Position numbers and translations under genes: made by a program. This document shows, in pieces, positions 53,248 to 62,862 of a DNA stretch of 64,000 nt; position 1 is the stretch's first letter; the number at the start of each line of letters is the position of its first letter. Origin of the DNA: Moorellales bacterium (GTDB lineage Bacteria; Bacillota; DSM-521; Neomoorellales; SLTJ01); NCBI GenBank assembly GCA_049719955.1, contig JBNARC010000001.1, positions 1,887-65,886 of the forward strand. The letters run 5' to 3'. The notes under the pieces were generated by a model that ran no database searches, was not told where the DNA came from, and worked only from the letters and a program-made list of their open reading frames with translations.

Positions 53248-53707
53248 GCTGGGCGGAAAGAAACTAGTGGTCGGGATATTGGTCCTGGTGCTGGTGGCCG
53301 GGGGAGCGGGCTACTTTGTTTTGGGGGGCGGAGGTCTGCCTTTTCTTCCGGTAGGCAAGAGCCAGGGAGAAGAAAAGGGCTCGACTGCGGCCAAAGCGCA
53401 AGCGCAAGAACTGCGGCAAACCGCCTTGGAACCTCTGGTGGTGAACCTGGCCGATTCCGGAGGGCGCCGTTACTTGCGGGTGACCATCACCCTGGAGTAC
53501 GCCGAGCCCCGGGTGGAGAAGGAACTGCAGAAGGCGGGCTATAAGATCCGCGACGCCATCATCCAGGCGCTGCGCTCCAAGACCGCGGCGGATCTGGCTC
53601 CCGACCGGGCGGAACAGATCCGACAGGAACTAATCGAGACCGTCAACCGGTACCTGGAGACCGGGCGGGTTACCGGCCTATACTTTCAGGAGTTTATTAT
53701 CCAGTAG
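53231..53707 (+). CDS. fliL: Flagellar basal body-associated protein FliL
   Basis: It has a single N-terminal transmembrane segment and VVNLADSGGRRYLRVTITLEY...IRDAIIQALRSKTAADL. Confidence 0.75.
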   Translation: MAKGIKLGGKKLVVGILVLVLVAGGAGYFVLGGGGLPFLPVGKSQGEEKGSTAAKAQAQELRQTALEPLVVNLADSGGRRYLRVTITLEYAEPRVEKELQKAGYKIRDAIIQALRSKTAADLAPDRAEQIRQELIETVNRYLETGRVTGLYFQEFIIQ

Positions 53708-53717
53708 GAAGGAGTTA

Positions 53718-54062
53718 ATGCTGTTGCCGGCCGCGGACAAGAGGTTCACGCCAGACATACCCACGGTAAAGAAGGCCGAGTTCAGCCCCTTGACGCCGGT
53801 TACCGGGCTGCCTGCCGCCAAGGCGCCCCTGGAGGCCCTGGGCGAGGTGACGGTGGAGATCACCGTGGAGCTGGGCAAGGCCCAGGTGCCGGTCAAGGAA
53901 GTGCTGGAGTGGGAGCCGGGGTCGGTGCTTCGCCTGGACAAGGTGGCGGGAGAACCGGCCGAGGTACTGGTAAACGGGTGTCCGGTGGGAAGCGGCGAGG
54001 TAGTAGTGGTGAGCGACCGTCTGGCCTTCCGCCTTCGATCCTTCCGGGAAGGAGGCCGTTAG
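53718..54062 (+). CDS. fliN: Flagellar motor switch protein FliN (SpoA domain only)
   Basis: It has VEITVELGKAQVPVKEVLEWEPGSVLRLDKVAGEPAEVLVNGCPVGSGEVVVVSDRLAFRL. At 114 aa it has no CheC-like or FliM-like region. Confidence 0.75.
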   Translation: MLLPAADKRFTPDIPTVKKAEFSPLTPVTGLPAAKAPLEALGEVTVEITVELGKAQVPVKEVLEWEPGSVLRLDKVAGEPAEVLVNGCPVGSGEVVVVSDRLAFRLRSFREGGR

Positions 54063-54065
54063 CCC

Positions 54066-54434
54066 TTGGACCGCGAGTTTTTCTGGGCGCTGCTACAGGT
54101 GGCAATATTTCTTCCCCTGGTTTTGGCGGGCGCGTACCTGGTGGCCCGTTACATTACGGCTTGGCGGTTTTGCTGGCCTAGGAGCGGATCGTACCTGGAA
54201 GTGGCGGAGCGGGTCATGTTAAGCCCCCGGGCCGGGCTTTACGTGGTGCGGCTGGGCGACAAGTACTGTCTTTTCGCCCTCAGCGAAAGCGGACTAAGCC
54301 TGTTGCGAGAACTACCGGACTATTGGGCCGCCTCCCGAGGTGGGGAGCCGGGCCTAAGGCGGCCTCGGCCTTGGCCTTTCTGCGGGGCCGGGCGCGAGGA
54401 GCGGCGGGGAGGAGACGGGACTGGTGCGCCGTAG
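54066..54434 (+). CDS. fliO: Flagellar biosynthesis protein FliO/FliZ-like
   Basis: It has a single N-terminal transmembrane segment (ALLQVAIFLPLVLAGAYLVA) followed by LSPRAGLYVVRLGDKYCLFALSE. It sits directly before fliP. Confidence 0.5.
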   Translation: MDREFFWALLQVAIFLPLVLAGAYLVARYITAWRFCWPRSGSYLEVAERVMLSPRAGLYVVRLGDKYCLFALSESGLSLLRELPDYWAASRGGEPGLRRPRPWPFCGAGREERRGGDGTGAP

Positions 54435-55179
54435 CGGGGGGATACTGGCCGCGGTAGCCCTGGTGCTGCTGGTCGGGCTGGCCCTGCGGCCTGCCCTGGC
54501 CCAGAACTGGCCGGGCCTAGAACTAAACATTTCCCCTACGGAGGAGCCGGCGGGGGTGGTCAATACCCTGCGGCTACTGCTGATGCTGACCGTTCTGGCC
54601 CTGGCCCCGGCAGTGCTGGTAATGATGACCTCCTTCACCCGCATCGTGGTGGTACTGGCCTTCGTCCGCAGCGCCCTGGCCACCCAGCAGACGCCGCCCA
54701 ACCAGGTGCTGGTGGGTCTGGCCTTGTTCCTCACTTTCTTCACCATGTACCCGGTTTGGCAGCAGATCCAGACCCAGGCGGTGCAGCCCTATTTGGCGGG
54801 GAGCCTCAGCCAGACTGAGGCCCTGGACGCCGCCGCCAAGCCTCTGCGGGAATTCATGCTGCGGCAGACGCGGGAAAAGGATTTGGCCTTGTTCGTCCGC
54901 ATGGCCCGGCTTTCCGAGCCCCCCAGCCGGGAGAACGTGCCTTTGCACGTTCTGGTACCGGCCTTCACCATCAGCGAACTCAAGACCGCTTTTCAGATGG
55001 GATTTCTGCTTTACGTTCCTTTTCTGATCATCGACCTGGTGGTAGCTAGTACCCTAATGTCCATGGGCATGTTCATGGTGCCGCCGATAATGATCTCTCT
55101 GCCCTTCAAGATCCTGCTTTTTGTGTTGGTTGACGGTTGGTATCTGGTAGTCAAGTCGCTTTTGGAAAGCTTCGCCTAG
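54424..55179 (+). CDS. fliP: Flagellar export apparatus protein FliP
   Basis: It has LLLMLTVLALAPAVLVMMTSFTRIVVVLAFVRSALATQQTPPNQVL and FTISELKTAFQMGFLLYVPFLIIDLVVAS. Confidence 0.9.
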   Translation: MRRSGGILAAVALVLLVGLALRPALAQNWPGLELNISPTEEPAGVVNTLRLLLMLTVLALAPAVLVMMTSFTRIVVVLAFVRSALATQQTPPNQVLVGLALFLTFFTMYPVWQQIQTQAVQPYLAGSLSQTEALDAAAKPLREFMLRQTREKDLALFVRMARLSEPPSRENVPLHVLVPAFTISELKTAFQMGFLLYVPFLIIDLVVASTLMSMGMFMVPPIMISLPFKILLFVLVDGWYLVVKSLLESFA

Positions 55180-55191
55180 GGGGATAGAGGT

Positions 55192-55461
55192 TTGAACGAG
55201 CAGTTCGTGCTGGGCCTGGCGCGACAAGGTCTTACCGTGGCGCTGATGCTGGCGGCCCCGGCGCTGGTTACCGCCCTGGTGGTAGGCGTGGCCATCAGCA
55301 TCTTTCAGGCCACCACCCAGATCCAGGAGCAAACTCTGACCTTTGTGCCCAAGATCGTGGCCGTGTTGGTGGTAATGCTGATCTTCGGCGCCTGGATGCT
55401 CAATCAACTGCTGGCCTTCACCGAAAACCTGTTCGGCAATTTGGGAGTTCTGATCCGATAG
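55192..55461 (+). CDS. fliQ: Flagellar export apparatus protein FliQ
   Basis: This 89-aa protein has two transmembrane segments and the motif ISIFQATTQIQEQTLTFVPKI. Confidence 0.85.
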   Translation: MNEQFVLGLARQGLTVALMLAAPALVTALVVGVAISIFQATTQIQEQTLTFVPKIVAVLVVMLIFGAWMLNQLLAFTENLFGNLGVLIR

Positions 55462-55473
55462 GAGGAGGCAGAG

Positions 55474-56244
55474 TTGGACCTAGGGGCCTGGCAGTCGATA
55501 TTGCTGGTGTTCGCCCGGTTGAGCGCCTTCATGGCCGTAGGTCCGCTTTTTGCCCTGCGGCCGGTTCCGGCGTTGCTAAAGGCCGGCGCGGCCCTGCTGC
55601 TAGCCTATCTGTTGATTCCGGTGGTCCGGCTGCCCGTCATTTCCGCGGAGGCAGGAACCTTTGCCCTGCTGGTGGTAGGTGAGGTGCTGGTGGGCCTGGC
55701 CCTGGGATACGCGGCAACTTTGGCCCTCCACGCCTTTCGGGTGGCGGGCCAGTTGCTGGATCTGGAAACCGGCCTGGCCATGGCCAACCTCCTGGATCCG
55801 GAAACCGGGGCCGGCGTAACCCTTCTGGGGGAGTTCTTTTACCTCCTGGGCCTTTTGCTGCTCTTGCTGATGGACGGCCACCACGGTCTTTTACGGGCCC
55901 TGGCCGATAGCTTCCAGTTGGTGCCCCCGGGCACGGCGGCCTGGTCGGGAGGCCTGGCGGCGGAGGTAGCCCGACGGTTTGCGGCGATGTTCGCCCTGGC
56001 CCTGCGCCTGGCGGCGCCGGTGGCGGCGGTGCTGGTGGTGAGCGACGTGGCCCTGGCCCTGGTGTCCCGGACCGTGCCTCAACTCAACGTTTTCATGCTG
56101 GGGTTTCCTCTCAAATCCGGTCTGGGGCTGGTCGCTTTAATCTTGGTATTGCCTTTGCTGGCCCAGGCCTTTGCCCCGGTGCTTAAGCTGATGGAAGAAA
56201 GCATGGCGGTGGTCAGCCGCTACCTGGCAGGAGCGAGTATATGA
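55474..56244 (+). CDS. fliR: Flagellar export apparatus protein FliR
   Basis: It is a polytopic membrane protein with FARLSAFMAVGPLF and AGQLLDLETGLAMANLLDP. Confidence 0.85.
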   Translation: MDLGAWQSILLVFARLSAFMAVGPLFALRPVPALLKAGAALLLAYLLIPVVRLPVISAEAGTFALLVVGEVLVGLALGYAATLALHAFRVAGQLLDLETGLAMANLLDPETGAGVTLLGEFFYLLGLLLLLLMDGHHGLLRALADSFQLVPPGTAAWSGGLAAEVARRFAAMFALALRLAAPVAAVLVVSDVALALVSRTVPQLNVFMLGFPLKSGLGLVALILVLPLLAQAFAPVLKLMEESMAVVSRYLAGASI

Positions 56245-57344
56245 GCGACCGGTGGCTGAACCTGCAGCTTTTCGCTGCCGAGGAAAAGACCGAAGAGCCC
56301 ACTCCCCACCGCCGGGAAGAGGTACGTAAGCAGGGCCAGGCCGCCCGTAGCGCCGACTTGAACGCCGCCGTGGTGCTGCTGGCGGGAATGCTGATGCTCT
56401 GGAGCGGGCACCGGGTCTTCCTAGAGCGTCTGGCGCGACTGGGATACGCCACCTGGGGGCACGGCGCGACGGAACTTACCGTTCCCGAGGTGATCGGCCT
56501 ATTCAGAAGTGGGTTGGCCTGGGTGGGACAGAGCCTGGCCCCCTTGGTGGCCGTGGCTCTGACCGCCGGGCTGGTGATCAGTTTCGCTCAGGTGGGCTGG
56601 ACGGTTTCCTTTGCGCCCCTAAGACCCCGGCTGGAGAACGTCAATCCCGCCCGGGGGTTCCAGCGGATGTTCTCCCGTCGGGCGCTCATGGAATTGGCCA
56701 AGGCCCTTCTCAAGGTGGTTCTGACCGCCTTGGTGGTCTACCTCTTGGTGCGGGACCAGGTGCGGAATCTCTTGCTTCTGGCCTATTCTACGAGCGGCTG
56801 GCAGGTATACGCCACGGTAAGCGAACTCTTGCTGCGGTTGGGGCTGTTGGTGGGCGGGATATACGGGGCGGTGGCGGTATGGGATTATGCCTTCCAGCGG
56901 CGTCAGTTCCTGCAACAGCTTCGCATGACCCGGTTCGAGCTCAAGGAAGAGCTGCGCCAGACCGAGGGCGACCCCCAGGTCCGGGCCCGGCTGCGCCAGC
57001 GGCAGCGTCAGCTGGCGCGCCAGCGAATGATGCGGCAGGTTCCTCAGGCCACGGTGGTCATCACCAACCCCACCCACCTGGCGGTAGCCCTGCGCTACGA
57101 CCAGAAGGTCATGAAGGCGCCGGTGGTGGTGGCCAAGGGGGTCAACTGGCTGGCGGAGAGAATCGTCAAGGTGGCCCGGGAGAGCCGGGTGCCGGTGGTG
57201 CAGAACCCGCCCCTGGCCCAGGCGCTCTACCGCACGGTGGAGGTGGGCCGGGAGATACCGCCGGAGCTATATCATGCGGTAGCAGAAATTTTGGCCTTAC
57301 TCTACCGCACTTACGGCCGGCTGGGAGGAGCGGTGGAAGGGTGA
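56241..57344 (+). CDS. flhB: Flagellar export apparatus protein FlhB
   Basis: It has EEKTEEPTPHRREEVRKQGQ, the autocleavage site NPTHLAVAL, and a PPLAQALY tail. Confidence 0.9.
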   Translation: MSDRWLNLQLFAAEEKTEEPTPHRREEVRKQGQAARSADLNAAVVLLAGMLMLWSGHRVFLERLARLGYATWGHGATELTVPEVIGLFRSGLAWVGQSLAPLVAVALTAGLVISFAQVGWTVSFAPLRPRLENVNPARGFQRMFSRRALMELAKALLKVVLTALVVYLLVRDQVRNLLLLAYSTSGWQVYATVSELLLRLGLLVGGIYGAVAVWDYAFQRRQFLQQLRMTRFELKEELRQTEGDPQVRARLRQRQRQLARQRMMRQVPQATVVITNPTHLAVALRYDQKVMKAPVVVAKGVNWLAERIVKVARESRVPVVQNPPLAQALYRTVEVGREIPPELYHAVAEILALLYRTYGRLGGAVEG

Positions 57345-57397
57345 GCAGGCGGTGCTTCCGGCCGGGCCTTGGAGCCGTGCCGAGGGGAGGGTGAGGA

Positions 57398-59455
57398 ATG
57401 GCTGATCCCTGGACTCCATCGCTGGGAAGACGTCTTACCGCCTACCGGGACGTGCTGGTAGCCGGCCTGGTGGTGGCCATCGTGATCCTCATCGTGGTGC
57501 CCATCCCCACGGTGCTGCTCGACTTTTTGCTGGCCACCAGCCTGGGTTTTGCCTTGCTGGTGCTGCTAAACACCATGTTTACCACCCATCCTTTGCAGTT
57601 TTCGGTATTTCCCTCCTTGCTGCTGGTAGCCACGCTTTTCCGCCTGGCCCTTAACATTTCTTCTACCCGGCTAATTCTGGGACAGGCTTATGCCGGTCGC
57701 ATCATTGAGGCCTTCGGCAGCTTTGTGGTAGGCGGTAACTATGTAGTAGGCTTGGTAATATTTGCCATCATCACGATTATTCAGTTTGTGGTCATTACCA
57801 ACGGCGCCGGGCGGGTGGCGGAGGTGGCCGCCCGGTTTACCCTGGACGCCCTTCCGGGCAAGCAAATGAGCATTGACGCCGATCTTAATACCGGCCTTAT
57901 CACCGAGGAAGAGGCCCGGGCCCGGCGGCGGGAACTGCAGCGGGAAGCGGATTTTTACGGCGCCATGGACGGCGCCAGCAAGTTCGTGCGCGGGGATGCT
58001 ATCGCCGGCCTGGTAATCACCCTCATAAACATCGTCGGCGGCCTGGCGGTAGGGGTGTGGCAGCGGGGGTTTAGCCTGCAGGAGGCCATAGACCGCTACA
58101 CCGTGCTTACCGTGGGAGACGGGCTGGTAAGCCAGATACCGGCCTTGTTGATCTCCACCGCCACCGGCATTCTGGTCACCCGGGCCGGGGCTACGGCCAA
58201 CCTGGGGAGGGAACTCTCCCGTCAACTCACCGGTTTTCCTCAAGTCTTGGGCCTGGGGGCGGTTATACTGGCCGCCCTGGGGCTGGTGCCCGCGGTTCCG
58301 CCCTGGCCGTTCTTCCTTCTGGCCGGGGCCTGCGCCTACGGCGCCTACACCCTGGCCCGGGAGGAGCGGGAGAAGGTCCGGCTGCCACAAGAAACGCCCG
58401 TCAGGCGGCGGGAGCCGGAAAACGTGCTACCGCTCTTTCAGGTGGAGCCGCTGGAAATCGAAATCGGGTATAATCTGGTGGGGCTGGCGGACGAGTCCCA
58501 AGGGGGCGATCTGCTGGACCGGTTAGGAGCGGTGCGGCGTCAGTGCGCCACCGACTTGGGCATATACGTCCGGCCCATACGGGTGCGGGACAACCTCCGG
58601 TTGCCGCCGAACGGCTACGTCTTTAAGCTTCGCGGAGTAGAGGCCGCCAAGGGCGAGCTGATGCCTGGCTACTACCTGGCCATGGCCCCGCCGGGGGTTA
58701 AAGGAGAGATCCGGGGACTGCCTACCCGGGAGCCCACCTTCGGGCTTCCCGCCTGGTGGGTGGCGGAATCCGAGCGGCTGGCCGCCGAGACTGCGGGCTA
58801 CACGGTGGTAGACTGCGGCACGGTGCTGATCACCCACCTCACGGAGTTCATCAAGCGCCACGCCCACGAACTTCTGGGTCGGCAGGAGGTGCGGGAACTC
58901 CTGGACGTGGTGAAGGAAACCAACGCCGCCTTGGTGGAAGAGCTGGTTCCGGGGCTGTTGTCGCTTGGGGAGGTGCAGAAGGTGCTTCAGAACCTGCTCC
59001 GGGAGCAGGTGCCCATTAGAGACTTGGTCTCAATTTTGGAGGCCCTGGCCGATCACGCTCCCCGCAGTCGCGACCCCGACTATCTAACCGAAGCCGCCCG
59101 GCAGGCCTTGCGCCGCACCCTTACCCGGACTTACGCTCCAGAGGGAAAACTGGTGGCCATCACCCTCCACCCCAAGCTGGAAGAGATGGTGGCTGAAAGT
59201 CTTCAGCCCACCCCGCAGGGCACCTATCCGGCTCTAGCGCCGGAGGTTACCAAACGGCTCCTGGAACGACTGGGAAACTTGGCGGAGGAGGCCGTACGGC
59301 GCAACCTTCAGCCGGTGGTGTTGGTATCTTCGCGCGTGCGCCTGCCCTTGCGTCGTTTGTTGGAACGCTTTCTTCCGGGGGTGGCCGTTCTTTCTCTGGC
59401 CGAATTGTTGCCGGACCTGGAAGTTGAGACCCTAGGGACGGTGGTGGCGGATTGA
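57398..59455 (+). CDS. flhA: Flagellar export apparatus protein FlhA
   Basis: It has FPSLLLVATLFRLALNISSTRLIL, GAMDGASKFVRGDAIAG and TVGDGLVSQIPALLISTATGILVTRA. Confidence 0.95.
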   Translation: MADPWTPSLGRRLTAYRDVLVAGLVVAIVILIVVPIPTVLLDFLLATSLGFALLVLLNTMFTTHPLQFSVFPSLLLVATLFRLALNISSTRLILGQAYAGRIIEAFGSFVVGGNYVVGLVIFAIITIIQFVVITNGAGRVAEVAARFTLDALPGKQMSIDADLNTGLITEEEARARRRELQREADFYGAMDGASKFVRGDAIAGLVITLINIVGGLAVGVWQRGFSLQEAIDRYTVLTVGDGLVSQIPALLISTATGILVTRAGATANLGRELSRQLTGFPQVLGLGAVILAALGLVPAVPPWPFFLLAGACAYGAYTLAREEREKVRLPQETPVRRREPENVLPLFQVEPLEIEIGYNLVGLADESQGGDLLDRLGAVRRQCATDLGIYVRPIRVRDNLRLPPNGYVFKLRGVEAAKGELMPGYYLAMAPPGVKGEIRGLPTREPTFGLPAWWVAESERLAAETAGYTVVDCGTVLITHLTEFIKRHAHELLGRQEVRELLDVVKETNAALVEELVPGLLSLGEVQKVLQNLLREQVPIRDLVSILEALADHAPRSRDPDYLTEAARQALRRTLTRTYAPEGKLVAITLHPKLEEMVAESLQPTPQGTYPALAPEVTKRLLERLGNLAEEAVRRNLQPVVLVSSRVRLPLRRLLERFLPGVAVLSLAELLPDLEVETLGTVVAD

Positions 59456-60507
59456 AAATCAAACGTTACCTGGTAAAGAGCATGCCCGAAGCCATGGCCC
59501 ACATCCGCCGAGACTTGGGGGCAGAGGCGGTGATCATCGGCACCCGCAAGGTCCGACAGCGGGGTTGGCGGGGCTGGTTTGGCCCTCCCTGGCTGGAGGT
59601 TACGGCCGCGGTAGATGCCCGGCCGCCGGAGACTTCCGCCGTTCAGCTCCGGCGGGAAGTAGAGGAAATCAAGGGGCTGCTGCAGAAGGTTACCGGCCAT
59701 CTGGGTCTGGCAGAGCCCGAGCCGGCGGTACTCCTGCGCTGGCGTGAGTTGCTGCAGCAGATGGAAGTCAATGCGGAAATCACCGAGCGGCTCCTGGTGG
59801 GGATGGAGGAGAGCCTCCGGAACTTGGGTCCCGAAGACCCGGTCCGGGATCCGGAGGAGTTGGTAGCCCGGCTGGCCCGCTTCCTGGCTCCGGCCTGGCC
59901 GGGAAAGCCTCCCGGCCGGGTGATGGCTTTTATCGGGCCTACCGGAGTGGGCAAGACCACCACCTTGGCCAAGCTGGCCGCCCGTTACCGGTTGCTAGAC
60001 CGCAAGAAGGTGGGGCTGGTTACCATAGATACCTACCGCATCGGCGCGGTGCAGCAGTTGTCCATTTACGGTGAGATTCTGGGAGTTCCGGTGGAAGCGG
60101 CGTTTACCCCGCAGGAACTGCGCCAAAAGGTAGAGGGCTTTGCCGACCGGGACGTGGTGCTTATCGATACCGTGGGCCGCTCGCCGCGAAACGATCTACG
60201 GCTGGCGGAGCTGCAAAGCTTCCTAGACACCCTGGATCAGGTAGATAGTTTTCTGGTCTTGAGCTGCACCACCCGGGCCAGGGATTTGGAGGAAGCGGCG
60301 GCCCGGTACGGGCGGCTTAAGCCGTCCTGGCTAATCTTCACCAAGTTAGACGAGAGCACCTCCCGGGGAGCGATTGTCAACGTGGTAGCCAGCACCGGCC
60401 TGCCGGTGGCCTACATAACCAACGGGCAAAACGTGCCGGACGACATAGAGCGCGCCAGCCCGGAACGGCTGGCCCGGCTCATACTGGGGGTGGGGGGCAG
60501 TGGCTGA
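59452..60507 (+). CDS. flhF: Flagellar biosynthesis GTPase FlhF (SRP-type)
   Basis: It has IGPTGVGKTTTLAKLAA, DTVGRS and FTKLDES motifs. Confidence 0.85.
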   Translation: MKIKRYLVKSMPEAMAHIRRDLGAEAVIIGTRKVRQRGWRGWFGPPWLEVTAAVDARPPETSAVQLRREVEEIKGLLQKVTGHLGLAEPEPAVLLRWRELLQQMEVNAEITERLLVGMEESLRNLGPEDPVRDPEELVARLARFLAPAWPGKPPGRVMAFIGPTGVGKTTTLAKLAARYRLLDRKKVGLVTIDTYRIGAVQQLSIYGEILGVPVEAAFTPQELRQKVEGFADRDVVLIDTVGRSPRNDLRLAELQSFLDTLDQVDSFLVLSCTTRARDLEEAAARYGRLKPSWLIFTKLDESTSRGAIVNVVASTGLPVAYITNGQNVPDDIERASPERLARLILGVGGSG

Positions 60508-61375
60508 CCAGGCGGACCGGTTGCGGGAGTTGGCAGCCCATCGCCTGCTGCCGCTGCGGGCCTTGGCCGTGACCAGCGGCAAGGGCGGGGTGGGCAAGAC
60601 CAGCCTGGTGGTCAATCTGGCCCTCGCCCTGGGGCTGCGGGGCAGGCGCGTCGTGGTGCTGGACGGCGACTTGGGCCTGGCCAACGTGGACGTGATGCTG
60701 GGCCTATGCCCCCGCTACAGCCTTTATGAAGTCTTGAGGGGCGAGTGCCGCCTGGAAGACGTTATCCTGGAGGGGCCGGCCAATCTGCGGCTCATTCCCG
60801 CCGGTTCGGGTATTGCCGAGCTGGCGGACATGGACGGCAACCAGAGGCTCAGGCTGGTGGATACCCTCCGCCGTAGCGTGGCCGGAGCCGAATTCCTGCT
60901 TATCGATACCGGGGCGGGCATCGGCCGGGGGGTGGTTAGCCTGCTTTCGGCCGCGGACGAGGTGATCGTGGTGCTCACCCCCGAGCCCACCTCCCTGGCC
61001 GACGCCTATGCGCTAATTAAGGTGTTGTCCGAAAACCGCCTGCACCCCTGGGTCAACCTGGTGGTGAACCGGGTGGGCAACGCCACCGAAGCCCAGCAGG
61101 TAGTGCGGCGGTTGAGCATGGTGGTGCAGCGCTTTTTGGACATCGAGCTGCGTTACTGGGGATTCGTATATGACGACCCGGCAGTAGCCAAGTCCATCGC
61201 CCGGCAGCAGCCGCTAATGTTAAGTTTCCCTCACTCCCGGGCGGCTCAACAGTACCGCTATCTGGCCGCCCGGGTGTTGGCGGAGGAGGTACCCCAGGAC
61301 GGCGGCTTTATGAGGCGTTTGCTGCGGTTACTGGGCTCGGTGGGAGCGGGTGCTGCCGGACCCAATGGGAGCTAG
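60500..61375 (+). CDS. flhG: MinD/ParA-type ATPase FlhG (YlxH)
   Basis: It has the deviant Walker A SGKGGVGKTS and LDGDLGLANVDVMLG. It sits after flhF. Confidence 0.85.
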   Translation: MADQADRLRELAAHRLLPLRALAVTSGKGGVGKTSLVVNLALALGLRGRRVVVLDGDLGLANVDVMLGLCPRYSLYEVLRGECRLEDVILEGPANLRLIPAGSGIAELADMDGNQRLRLVDTLRRSVAGAEFLLIDTGAGIGRGVVSLLSAADEVIVVLTPEPTSLADAYALIKVLSENRLHPWVNLVVNRVGNATEAQQVVRRLSMVVQRFLDIELRYWGFVYDDPAVAKSIARQQPLMLSFPHSRAAQQYRYLAARVLAEEVPQDGGFMRRLLRLLGSVGAGAAGPNGS

Positions 61376-61398
61376 AGCAGGAAGACGGGGGAAGCAGC

Positions 61399-62082
61399 TT
61401 GGCCAGAGAAAGCGAACTCTTAAGGGTAAACCAGCGGATCGAGCTCCGGCGGGAGAACGACGACGAAGTTTACTTTTCGCTGGTTCAGGAGGTAGGCGAG
61501 GAGCATTTTGCCGTGCAGTTGCCCATGCGGGGAGGCACGGAGGTGCCCCTTCACCCCGGAGAACAGGTGGAGGTGCGGATCCCAACCGAGAGGGGCCGGT
61601 ACGTTTTCAACACTTCGGTTCTAGAGCGCTACTACGACCGCGTGCCCCTGTGCCGCCTGGCCAAGCCGCGAGAGATTTTCCGGATACAGAAGCGGGAGTA
61701 CGTACGCTGGCGGGTGAGCCTGGAGGTGCGCTACGAGGTGGCCGAAGGACCCCCGGGAGATAGTGCCCCGGTGCCCGCATTGCGGCGGCGGGCGGTCTCG
61801 GTGGACCTTAGCGGCGGCGGCATACAACTTTTGGTCCGGGAGGCCCTACCGGTAGGCACTTGGTTGTGGCTGGAGTTCGAGCTCCCCTACCGCGGAGCCA
61901 CCCGGCGGATACAGGCTCTGGGTAGGGTACGGCGCCTGGCCTCATTAGAGGACGAAGGGCCCAGGCGCTTTGCCGTGGGCATATCCTTTGAGAGAATCGG
62001 GGAGCGGGAGCGGGAGGCAATCATTGCCTTTATTTTCCAGCGGATGGTAAGCGAGCGCACCTACGTCTTACCGGAGGGCTGA
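61399..62082 (+). CDS. PilZ-domain c-di-GMP receptor (YcgR/MotI-like, with an N-terminal PilZN-like barrel)
   Basis: The RxxxR motif is in QKREYVRWRV and the DxSxxG motif is in VSVDLSGGGIQL. It sits between flhG and fliA. Confidence 0.75.
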   Translation: MARESELLRVNQRIELRRENDDEVYFSLVQEVGEEHFAVQLPMRGGTEVPLHPGEQVEVRIPTERGRYVFNTSVLERYYDRVPLCRLAKPREIFRIQKREYVRWRVSLEVRYEVAEGPPGDSAPVPALRRRAVSVDLSGGGIQLLVREALPVGTWLWLEFELPYRGATRRIQALGRVRRLASLEDEGPRRFAVGISFERIGEREREAIIAFIFQRMVSERTYVLPEG

Positions 62083-62099
62083 GCAGGGAGGCGGGAGAC

Positions 62100-62861
62100 T
62101 TGAAGACCGACCCGGCTTTTCGGGAGCGCCTCTGGGACCGGTACCTGCGAAACCGGGACCCGGAAACCCGGCGGGAGCTGGTTTTGGCCTACCTGCCCCT
62201 GGTGAAGTATCTGGCCGCCCGCCTCAAGGTACGGCCGCAGACCGGGTTAACCCAGGAGGATCTGGAAGCCTACGGGGTGGTGGGGCTGCTGGAGGCCCTG
62301 GAGCGTTACGACCGGGGTCGGGGAGCGGGGTTCGAAACCTTTGCCCGCCGCCGCATTCAGGGTGCCATGTTGGATGCCCTTCGCCGCCAGCAGTGGGTTC
62401 CCCGTTCGGTCCGGGAGCGGCTGCAGCAGGTAGGCTCGGCGGTGCGGGCGCTGGAGCAGGAAAAGGGGGAGGCGGTGACCGATGAGGAGTTGGCGGCGTA
62501 CCTGGGCTGGTCGGTGGCCGAAGTGCAGGAGGTGTGGCTGGAGGCGCACGAAGCCGCCCTTACCTCTCTGGAGGAGGTACTCTTCTCCGGTGAAGGGGAG
62601 CCCCCGGCCCGACCGGTGGCCGACCCTGAAAGCCCCGATCCGGTGAAGGCTTACGAAGAAAAGGAGTTGCGGGCTCTGTTGGCCCGGGCCCTGACCGAAT
62701 TGGGGGAAACCGACCGGCTGGTGTTGAGCCTTTACTACTACGAGGGCCTCACCCTGAAGGAAATCGGCCAAGTGCTGGGGGTTTCGGAATCCAGGGCCTG
62801 CCAGTTGCGGGGTCGGGCGTTGGTGAGGCTAAGGGCCCGCATTAAGGAGTGGGGCTACTGA
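62100..62861 (+). CDS. fliA: Flagellar sigma-28 factor FliA/SigD
   Basis: It has region 2 (LVLAYLPLVKYLAARL...DLEAYGVVGLLEALERYD), a region 3 segment, and the region 4 HTH (LSLYYYEGLTLKEIGQVLGVSESRACQLRGRAL). Confidence 0.85.
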   Translation: MKTDPAFRERLWDRYLRNRDPETRRELVLAYLPLVKYLAARLKVRPQTGLTQEDLEAYGVVGLLEALERYDRGRGAGFETFARRRIQGAMLDALRRQQWVPRSVRERLQQVGSAVRALEQEKGEAVTDEELAAYLGWSVAEVQEVWLEAHEAALTSLEEVLFSGEGEPPARPVADPESPDPVKAYEEKELRALLARALTELGETDRLVLSLYYYEGLTLKEIGQVLGVSESRACQLRGRALVRLRARIKEWGY

Positions 62862-62862
62862 C

